Below are positions 13,463 through 19,422 of a stretch of 19,422 nucleotides of DNA, one piece after another. Below the pieces are notes generated by a model. That model was given only the letters and a program-made list of their open reading frames with translations. It was not told the origin of the DNA and searched no databases. The stretch covers positions 1 to 19,422 of IMG/VR virus record IMGVR_UViG_3300045988_102984; one strand, given 5' to 3'. The first letter of the stretch is position 1, and each line of letters opens with the position of its first letter. This stretch comes from a virus. The position numbers were made by a program, and so were the translations under genes.

Positions 13463-14995
13463 ATGGCTACCGTATACACCAAAACCGATAATTACGGCTT
13501 GAATCTGTATGGCGACAATGACCCAGCCGATTTGCGAGACGGTTACAACGGCTCCATGCGCACTATTGATACGACTTTGGAAACGCACCTCAATCGTATC
13601 GAAGCCGTGGAGTCGCGTGAAACGCATGATGAAGAAGTGGTCAAAGCGCTGCTTGGAGACAACACTGTAGACAACGCGACCACCGCTAAAACCAAGTGGG
13701 ATAAAGCGAGCACGGACGCCATCGAAGCAATGGCCGACGCCGCCACCGCAACCGGAAAAGCGAACTCCAACGGCAGTATCCTTACAGCGCTTGGTGCCGA
13801 CACCACCGATCACGCGACGGCAAGTAAAACCAAGTGGAACAAAGCAAGCACTGACGCCACATCCGCGATCAACAAAGCGGATACCGCAATCGGCAAAGCG
13901 GATACCGCAATCGGCAAAGCGGACACCGCAAGCGGCAAAGCGGACACCGCAAACAGCAAGGCCGACAACAATAGCGCCATCCTCACCGCGTTAGGTGCGG
14001 ACACCGCTGACCATGCGGCCACAAATAAAACCAAGTGGAACAAAGCAAGCACTGACGTTGCGGACGTGGCGAAACGAGTCAACATACTCACCGGACTGGC
14101 TCACGAAAACATCATCGTAATTGGCGACAGCATTTCGTACGGCACAGGAGCTTCGGCCACGTCAAAATCGTGGGCCAACCGACTAAGCGAGTACAGGGGC
14201 GCGACTGTTACCAATCTTGCGAAAAATGATGCCGGATATCTCAACGGACCGACCACGTTTGCGCAGCAACTTAAGAGTTTCACCGGCGACAAAGACGCCG
14301 TAACGCGCATCCTCATCGCCGGTGGCATCAACGACAAAACTCATGTGTCGGACGGTTCTATATTCGATTCACTGCTCACCAACGCAGTATTATCGCTGCT
14401 GGATTATGCGCGCGACAATTTCCCGCATGCGAAAATTCAAACCATTCCGACTATCTGCGGTTTCACCCCCCCGAGAATCTATAACAGTGGCGTCCTTAGG
14501 GCGCGTGACAGGATTATCGCCGCTTGCAACATGCGCCACGTGCAAGTCATTCCGTACGGCTGGGAGTGGCTCAACGGAAACCGTGACTGGAGTTCCGGCG
14601 ACGACGTGCACCCGAACGACGAAGGTAGCGGCGTGCTGCTCAGGCTAATTTGTGAAGCGATGGATGGCGCCACCGTCCGAAATTCGTGGGACGGTTACGT
14701 TGCCGGACAGGACGCTCACGGAGAAATCACGCACTCGAGATTCCATGTTGATGGAGACATGGTAACATGCCACATCCAAGGCAAAGTAGTAGGAAATGCC
14801 GGCGCGTATGCAAGCATCTTCCAAGTACCAGCCGCCGCCCACAACAGCGGCGGAAACTACTTTATCCCAAACAGTCTTAACAGGTTGTTGTATTTGTCGT
14901 ATGACAATGAAATCAGGGCTTGCAGAATTGGCACCACCACTGCGATTCCAAACGACACGGAAGTCTACCTGAGTTTCGCGACTCACATGGGATGA
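13463..14995 (+). CDS. Tail fibre/appendage with SGNH (GDSL-type) esterase domain, 510 aa
   Basis: N-terminal anchor DNYGLNLYGDNDPADLRDGYNGSMRTIDTTL, then a repeat-rich stalk, then SGNH blocks: IIVIGDSISYG (block I), AGGINDK (block III), GDDVHPND (block V). It ends with a ~110-aa beta-rich domain. Occupies the phi29 gp12 position. Confidence 0.8.
   Translation: MATVYTKTDNYGLNLYGDNDPADLRDGYNGSMRTIDTTLETHLNRIEAVESRETHDEEVVKALLGDNTVDNATTAKTKWDKASTDAIEAMADAATATGKANSNGSILTALGADTTDHATASKTKWNKASTDATSAINKADTAIGKADTAIGKADTASGKADTANSKADNNSAILTALGADTADHAATNKTKWNKASTDVADVAKRVNILTGLAHENIIVIGDSISYGTGASATSKSWANRLSEYRGATVTNLAKNDAGYLNGPTTFAQQLKSFTGDKDAVTRILIAGGINDKTHVSDGSIFDSLLTNAVLSLLDYARDNFPHAKIQTIPTICGFTPPRIYNSGVLRARDRIIAACNMRHVQVIPYGWEWLNGNRDWSSGDDVHPNDEGSGVLLRLICEAMDGATVRNSWDGYVAGQDAHGEITHSRFHVDGDMVTCHIQGKVVGNAGAYASIFQVPAAAHNSGGNYFIPNSLNRLLYLSYDNEIRACRIGTTTAIPNDTEVYLSFATHMG
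13874..13957 (+). repeat. Four in-frame tandem 21-bp repeats (AAAGCGGA(T/C)ACCGCAA(T/G/A)CGGC, encoding KADTA(I/S/N)G) inside the fibre gene
   Basis: Copies at 13874-13894 and 13895-13915 are identical. 13916-13936 and 13937-13957 are slightly diverged, and a degenerate fifth copy follows. The array is nested between two ~80-bp diverged repeats (13778-13858 and 13979-14058) that share a 32-nt identical core (13825-13856 = 14026-14057). Confidence 0.9.
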
Positions 14996-15034
14996 CGTCC
15001 TACCAGTGATAGCCATATCGCCTATAATGGTGGT

Positions 15035-16258
15035 GTGGCTATTACTTTTGATAATTGGATAAAACAGACACAGGGCCGGTTTTGGGACATGGACGGGGCA
15101 TATGGCGCCCAATGCTGGGACCTATGGGCCAAGTATTGTATGGACTTATACGGCGCGTCCGTAAGCGATTGCATCACTCCAACCGGATACGCGGAAGGAA
15201 ACTACACGCGGTTTCCCACGAACGCAAAAATGGCGCAGATTTTTGAAAAGAAACCCGCCGACTACAGCCCCGTCAAAGGTGACGTGGCGTTTTGGAATTT
15301 TTCCAGCCAACATACCGGCTCGCACGTGAGCATCGTCATGGAGGATGGCGTGCATAACGGACGTATCACTGTACTATCGCAAAACCCTAATCCAGCGCAG
15401 CGCATGAGTTTCGATCTAACCGCGTTTCTGGGCTATCTGCACCCGAAAGCGCTGGGGGAAGGGGGTGGCACGACCTCGACGGAAAAGAACCCAACGGGAG
15501 ACAATAGCCACGGTTCCGCCGACTCCGCACGTGGCGGAGCGTGGATACATTGGCAAGGCGACAACCTCTATTTGCACGAAAGCGATAACGCCGGAACGCG
15601 AACCCGCATATTCTACAAGACAACGGCCAACAATTTTTCGGAAAAGGCGTCGCAATCACAACCGTCCAGCGACAACGGACAGGCACACCCCTCCACCTCA
15701 ATATCGCCGGAAAATTCGTACGCCCTCTACGTAGTCGGCACAGTCGAAGCGGGATTACGTTGGGATGCAGTCGAAGCCGCGAACCTGCAAGGCATAGGCA
15801 TCGCGCAGTGGAGTTTCGAGCGCCGCTTGCAAGTGTTGAACGCGATGGAAGCCGCTGACCCAGCCGGATATAACACGTTCAAGGCCGCCGCGCCTGAAAT
15901 AGCGGCACTCATGGAGTCAGGCGGAACGTTCAAGCGTTCGCTCACCTCAGCGGAGGCGGCCGCATTCCGCGCGTGGGCCGGACGCAGTGAGTCGCGCGGG
16001 GGGCAGCGCAAGCAGTTCGCGGAGGATTACGCCGGATATCCGAAGCAGTACGATGATGCAAAAATGCAAATTCTTTGGGTGACGGCATATCATCAATCGC
16101 CCGCCAATGCGCTGAAAGTGCCGAAGGCATCGAATCTCGCACAACTCAAAAGCAACATTCTGTCAACATATCCATTCGGCCCATACACGACTCGATACAA
16201 TCAGGCGTACTCACTTTTGAGCGTGTGGGATGGAAAATCTAATCCGCCCACATTCTAA
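15035..16258 (+). CDS. Virion-associated peptidoglycan hydrolase: N-terminal CHAP domain plus C-terminal lysozyme-like domain (phi29 gp13 position), 407 aa
   Basis: CHAP signature DMDGAYGAQCWDLW (catalytic Cys) ... GSHVSIVM (His) ... SQNPN. After a G/S/T-rich linker, the C-terminal half has VEAGLRWD ... GIGIAQWSFERR, resembling phage tail-lysozyme domains. The start is uncertain: GTG 15035 is the only upstream in-frame start, and GGTGG lies only 1 nt before it. Confidence 0.8.
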   Translation: MAITFDNWIKQTQGRFWDMDGAYGAQCWDLWAKYCMDLYGASVSDCITPTGYAEGNYTRFPTNAKMAQIFEKKPADYSPVKGDVAFWNFSSQHTGSHVSIVMEDGVHNGRITVLSQNPNPAQRMSFDLTAFLGYLHPKALGEGGGTTSTEKNPTGDNSHGSADSARGGAWIHWQGDNLYLHESDNAGTRTRIFYKTTANNFSEKASQSQPSSDNGQAHPSTSISPENSYALYVVGTVEAGLRWDAVEAANLQGIGIAQWSFERRLQVLNAMEAADPAGYNTFKAAAPEIAALMESGGTFKRSLTSAEAAAFRAWAGRSESRGGQRKQFAEDYAGYPKQYDDAKMQILWVTAYHQSPANALKVPKASNLAQLKSNILSTYPFGPYTTRYNQAYSLLSVWDGKSNPPTF

Positions 16259-16263
16259 AAGTG

Positions 16264-16272
16264 TGATATAAT
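16264..16272 (+). promoter_or_regulatory. Promoter-like extended -10 (TGaTATAAT) upstream of the packaging-ATPase leader
   Basis: Perfect TGnTATAAT, identical to the late promoter nonamer at 6094, 6 nt after the stop of the tail-lysin gene. Confidence 0.5.
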
Positions 16273-16278
16273 AAATAG

Positions 16279-16371
16279 TGGCAGTGGTTGTATGATGACC
16301 TTTCCCCTTGAACGGCTGCCAATGATAGGTTGGTGGAGGGCGTGCGAGTCATGGCGCACGCCCTCCACTAG
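16279..16371 (+). ncRNA. Candidate two-hairpin RNA / structured leader upstream of the packaging ATPase
   Basis: Hairpin 1: TGGCAG (16279-16284) pairs with CTGCCA (16316-16321), plus an inner GTT/AAC pair, enclosing a pyrimidine-rich loop ACCTTTCCCCTTG. Hairpin 2: a 14-bp perfect GC-rich stem, GTGGAGGGCGTGCG (16333-16346) with CGCACGCCCTCCAC (16355-16368), followed by TAGTTT. The predicted start from the 16264 element falls at the base of hairpin 1. Confidence 0.3.
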
Positions 16372-16389
16372 TTTAGGAGGGTTGCAAGC

Positions 16390-17457
16390 ATGACATTGCA
16401 AACGCTTGACGAGAGCGATTATTACAATTTGCACGATCTGTTGACGCGAAACGCCCCGTGGAATTTCATAATCGGCGCACGTGGCCTAGGCAAAACGTTC
16501 GCCGCGAAAAGGTATGGCATCAAAGAGTACATCAAGCACGGCCATGAGTTCATCTATTTGCGCCGAACCGACGTCGAACAGCATAGAAAAGAGACGTTTT
16601 TCAAGGACATTCAGGAATTTTTCCCTTCCTACGAGTTCAGGGTTAACGGTGAAAAAGGGCAATTGCATAAGACGTCGTGGGACGAGAAGGATTGGCGGAC
16701 ATGCTGTTATTTCGTGGCACTCTCTCAAGCGGGCGGACTTAAATCAGTGGCCTATCCTAAAGTTCACTTGATTATTTTCGACGAGATTTTTCCAGACAAC
16801 CTGCGTTTTTTAAGTAACGAGGTAAACAGTTTTTCCGAATTTTACAACACGGTAGACAGGTGGCAGGATAGAACAAAAGTTCTATTCCTATCGAACGCTG
16901 TTCAAAAGGCTAATCCGTATTTTGCCAAATACCGGTTGGACATTGGTGCGCAACAGGCCAACCGGCAACAATACAAACTCTATTGCGGCGGGTTTATCTG
17001 TTTGGAATTGGCCGACTATGGCGGCTTTTCCGCGAAAGTCGCTAAGTCAAAGTTCGGCAGATTCTTGGAGCGGTACGATGGTGACTACGCGGATTATGCG
17101 ATACGCAATAAGTTCCGTGACGAGTCGGACACTTTGATAGCGCCAATTCCTAGCGACGGCGAACTGTCCTACATTTTGGACACTACCGACTATGCGCAGT
17201 TCGGCATATGGTTATCCGTATCCGAACGCGACGGACATGTTTCACAATATGTTTCACGACGCATTCCAAAAGACAACAATCGTCCAACATACACGCTCGA
17301 CCCGAATCACGTTGACGAAAAGACGTGGTATGTCAAAAAGTCGGACGATATTATAAGGCGACTCACTACAGGCTATCGACTTGGTAGAATAAGATTCGAT
17401 GACTCACAAGTGAAAGCCGATTTTGGTTTGATAATCGGAGAACTACTAGGCAAATAG
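16390..17457 (+). CDS. DNA encapsidation ATPase (phi29 gp16-like), 355 aa
   Basis: AGGAGGG sits 8 nt upstream. WNFIIGARGLGKTFA (Walker A) matches phi29 LNFVIGARGIGKSYA. Also EFIYLRR, HLIIFDEIF (Walker B), LSNAV and NPYF. Confidence 0.92.
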   Translation: MTLQTLDESDYYNLHDLLTRNAPWNFIIGARGLGKTFAAKRYGIKEYIKHGHEFIYLRRTDVEQHRKETFFKDIQEFFPSYEFRVNGEKGQLHKTSWDEKDWRTCCYFVALSQAGGLKSVAYPKVHLIIFDEIFPDNLRFLSNEVNSFSEFYNTVDRWQDRTKVLFLSNAVQKANPYFAKYRLDIGAQQANRQQYKLYCGGFICLELADYGGFSAKVAKSKFGRFLERYDGDYADYAIRNKFRDESDTLIAPIPSDGELSYILDTTDYAQFGIWLSVSERDGHVSQYVSRRIPKDNNRPTYTLDPNHVDEKTWYVKKSDDIIRRLTTGYRLGRIRFDDSQVKADFGLIIGELLGK

Positions 17458-17472
17458 AAAGGAACAGCAACA

Positions 17473-17835
17473 ATGACCACAGCGGACGTATGGTGTGCTA
17501 TCGCGGTGACGTTCTTCATTACCACCGATTACGTAACCGGCGTAGCAAAAGCCATCATGCAGGACAATTTAAGCTCGAAAAAAATGCGTGAGGGATTAGG
17601 CCACAAGTTCGCCTACATTATCCTCACGTTGACAGCATGGTTTATCGATGAGGTTAACCTGCATGTCGACTTAGGGCTGCCGGTGTCCGTATTCGTTTGT
17701 ACTGTTGGCGGAATTTGTTTGATTGAACTCACGTCGATTCTGGAAAACATCACCGTAATCAATCCAGAATTGGCGGACGCACCATTCATGCAGATTTTCG
17801 CTCAATCCACAGATGGCAAGCATAAGGCGGAATGA
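17473..17835 (+). CDS. Holin (phage_holin_4 / TcdE-like family), 120 aa
   Basis: Three hydrophobic spans, with the family-typical TDYVTGVAKAIMQDNLSSKKMREGLGHKFAYIIL pattern and a charged C-terminus. ATGA overlap with the endolysin start. Confidence 0.85.
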   Translation: MTTADVWCAIAVTFFITTDYVTGVAKAIMQDNLSSKKMREGLGHKFAYIILTLTAWFIDEVNLHVDLGLPVSVFVCTVGGICLIELTSILENITVINPELADAPFMQIFAQSTDGKHKAE

Positions 17836-18638
17836 TGGATGACGTGAAATGGATAGGATCGCCAAACCATTACACGGGACGTGCCGGACATAAGGTGACA
17901 CACATCACATTGCACATCATGGCCGGTTTCCTAGCTGGCACCGATAGCGTGTTCTCACGTTCATCCAGTCAGGCGAGCGCACACTACGGTATCGGAGCCA
18001 ATGGCGAAATACACCAATATGTGAACGAAGCAAACGGAGCATGGTCAGACGCCAATTACGAATCGAACATGTCAACAATCAGTATCGAACATGAGGGCGG
18101 CATATCTCAGGCAAAATGCACTCAAGCATGCATCGACGCAAGCGCCCGACTATGCGCAGACATAGCGCAACGCTACGGACTAGGCATGTTATGGCACGAC
18201 GGTACACGCGGCAACATATGGCTACACCGAGAAATCAGCGGCACCGACCACGCCACATGTCCAGATCTAACACCAAACGGACTGCCATACCAGCAAGTGA
18301 TAGATAAAGCCAACAAGATAATAGGAGGCACAACAATGGCTAGCGCAGGTGATGAAGTCTGGAACTGGGCATACAAGCCGGACGGAAAAAACGCCACACC
18401 GGGCGGCAACATGTACAATCTGCTTACCTACGAATTGCCAACACGCATTCGTGATAGCATCATGCAATATGACTTCAAAAACACCGCACCGGGGGGCAAC
18501 GTTTACAACACTCTTTGTTTTGAAATACCCGGAACGCTGAAACAACTCGCCAAAACAATCAAAGAACAGCAGAAACAAATCGACAAACTGACAGAAAAAA
18601 TTGACGAACTGCAAATCACTGTAACGGACAAAAGGTAG
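17832..18638 (+). CDS. Endolysin: N-acetylmuramoyl-L-alanine amidase (Amidase_2/PGRP fold) plus C-terminal repeat and coiled-coil region, 268 aa
   Basis: Amidase_2 signature HITLHIMAG...SAHYGIGANGEIHQYVNEANGAWS...ISIEHEG...LHREISGTDHATCPD. The C-terminus has two ~25-aa repeats (KNATPGGNMYNLLTYELP / KNTAPGGNVYNTLCFEIP), then LKQLAKTIKEQQKQIDKLTEKIDELQ. Confidence 0.9.
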   Translation: MMDDVKWIGSPNHYTGRAGHKVTHITLHIMAGFLAGTDSVFSRSSSQASAHYGIGANGEIHQYVNEANGAWSDANYESNMSTISIEHEGGISQAKCTQACIDASARLCADIAQRYGLGMLWHDGTRGNIWLHREISGTDHATCPDLTPNGLPYQQVIDKANKIIGGTTMASAGDEVWNWAYKPDGKNATPGGNMYNLLTYELPTRIRDSIMQYDFKNTAPGGNVYNTLCFEIPGTLKQLAKTIKEQQKQIDKLTEKIDELQITVTDKR

Positions 18639-18691
18639 ACGGCATAAATAAAGCCCCTAAGCTATAACCTAGGGGCTTTATTTATGCCGTC
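18638..18691. terminator. Bidirectional terminator between convergent genes (22-bp perfect arms)
   Basis: GACGGCATAAATAAAGCCCCTA (18638-18659) pairs with TAGGGGCTTTATTTATGCCGTC (18670-18691) around a 10-nt loop. T runs follow on both strands (CATTTTT on +, CCTTTT on -). The arms overlap the stop codon of the + gene (TAG 18636-18638) and the last 3 codons plus stop of the - gene. Confidence 0.8.
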
Positions 18692-18990
18692 AATGCATTT
18701 TTCGGCAGATGCTCCAAGTACTCAATCGCAGCGTACATGCCTTCTGTAGTGTAAGGAAAAAGCTTCTTGTAGCAGTGAGCGGGATAGTGGTGGTTCCCGC
18801 GCTTGTGATAATCCCTACGAAGTTCTTCATCGGTCTTAGGAATCTCCCAAGAAACGCGGATTACGCGATGAATGTCACCTGTGCGAGTGGTGTACACATC
18901 TAGGCCGTTAGTGATATGGAGCTTCTTCTTGGTGCCCATAATGTTATCAAAGATATCGAAGAGATTGAAACGAAGATTTTCGGTGTTCAT
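18682..18990 (-). CDS. Hypothetical right-end early protein, 102 aa
   Basis: The only convincing minus-strand gene. Its promoter, SD, ATG and first two codons (M-N) are the ITR-R copy of the cassette that drives 433-813. No motif recognised. Confidence 0.75.
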   Translation of the reverse strand: MNTENLRFNLFDIFDNIMGTKKKLHITNGLDVYTTRTGDIHRVIRVSWEIPKTDEELRRDYHKRGNHHYPAHCYKKLFPYTTEGMYAAIEYLEHLPKNALTA

Positions 18991-19022
18991 TTTATTTCCT
19001 TTCCCTTGAAGTTGATAACTAC

Positions 19023-19031
19023 ACTATAACA
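19023..19031 (-). promoter_or_regulatory. Early promoter inside ITR-R (mirror of 392-400), driving 18682-18990 (-)
   Basis: Reverse complement of 392-400, with identical spacing to the ATG of the minus-strand gene. Confidence 0.55.
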
Positions 19032-19177
19032 CAAACAAAACAACGACACGCCCGAAAACAAAACGAAGCAGGACAGACAAAAAATTGACACAGTGTCAAC
19101 GCAAGCAATTAGATATTTAGACAAACATCTAACAATACCCCCCAACTAAGTTACGGTTACGTAACCGTAACCTAGCG

Positions 19178-19251
19178 CAGATTGTTGCACATACAACCAT
19201 TGACACAGTGTCAACAGAATGTTGCATATACAACCATTGACACAGTGTCAA
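19178..19251 (-). repeat. Mirror copy (ITR-R) of the two tandem 37-bp repeats
   Basis: Reverse complement of 172-245. TTGACACAGTGTCAA is seen at 19200-19214 and 19237-19251. Confidence 0.9.
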
Positions 19252-19422
19252 TAAAAAAAAACGACACGCCCAAAATAAAAAAACTTGACAGGTTAGGATA
19301 AAAAAAATATAATAGAGGCGTAAACAAAACAAAGCGTCAATGAAGGCACAGAACAAAAAAAAATAATACACAAATAAAAAAAACCACAAGGGAAAATCTT
19401 CACACAAACCCACACCCCTCCC

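Larger units (their letters stand above)
18984..19422. repeat. Right inverted terminal repeat (ITR-R), 439 bp
   Basis: Mirror image of 1-439. It carries mirrored copies of the 15-bp palindromes (19085-19099, 19200-19214, 19237-19251), the 22-bp palindrome (19150-19171) and the promoter/SD/ATG cassette (19023-19031; ATG complement at 18988-18990). Confidence 0.95.

Noticed and set aside
12709-13813. Minus-strand ORFs (12709-13146, 12777-13154, 12938-13255, 13343-13813, 13810-14091) opposite the fibre genes
   Set aside because: All are antisense to plus-strand genes with SDs and recognisable modules. Their repeat-derived, R/A/V-rich compositions are typical shadow frames.
1-19422. Terminal inverted repeats as a transposon, casposon or pipolin-type mobile element, or a linear plasmid
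   Set aside because: No transposase, integrase or Cas1 is present. The family-B polymerase comes with a full set of phi29-like virion, packaging and lysis genes, so a virus genome is the simplest reading.
1-19422. Lysogeny module, tRNA genes, a DGR or retron, or toxin-antitoxin or other defence cassettes
   Set aside because: No integrase/recombinase, CI/Cro-like pair, reverse transcriptase motif (YxDD), cloverleaf-capable segment or template/variable repeat pair was seen. The fibre-gene repeats are simple in-frame tandem duplications rather than adenine-specific variants.

Overview
The window reads as one complete ~19.4-kb linear dsDNA genome of a small phi29/Cp-1-type podophage of a Gram-positive host (GGAGG-type ribosome binding sites, holin plus amidase lysis cassette). 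It replicates by protein priming. Perfect 439-bp inverted terminal repeats (ITRs) sit at 1-439 and 18984-19422.

Gene layout:
- 433-5908 (+): early/replication block. It holds about 9 small orphan genes, a putative SSB, a putative terminal protein and a compact family-B DNA polymerase.
- 5909-6140: junction with its own promoter-like element and a strong terminator.
- 6141-18638 (+): late block, in order scaffold, phi29 gp8-like capsid protein with a Big_2 domain, gp9-like tail knob, gp10-like portal, gp11-like lower collar, four tail-appendage genes (the last an SGNH-esterase fibre), CHAP plus lysozyme-like tail lysin, gp16-like packaging ATPase, holin, amidase endolysin.
- 18682-18990 (-): a single inward-facing early gene driven from the right ITR.
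- No integrase, repressor module, tRNA or CRISPR was seen.

Most interesting observations:
1. Each ITR carries an array of a 15-bp palindrome, a 22-bp perfect palindrome, and a complete promoter/SD/ATG cassette, so both genome ends express different genes from identical signals.
2. Two promoter-equipped, hairpin-rich non-coding units (5901-6084 and 16264-16389) are candidates for a packaging-RNA-like or regulatory RNA. The second carries a loop complementary to the SD region of both ITR-driven early mRNAs, plus an SD/anti-SD/decoy-SD arrangement upstream of the ATPase gene.
3. By eye, the polymerase deviates from several canonical catalytic motifs.
4. Three consecutive tail genes share one N-terminal anchor module.

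All homology statements are by-eye motif recognition and recalled phi29 protein sequences. No database search was run.
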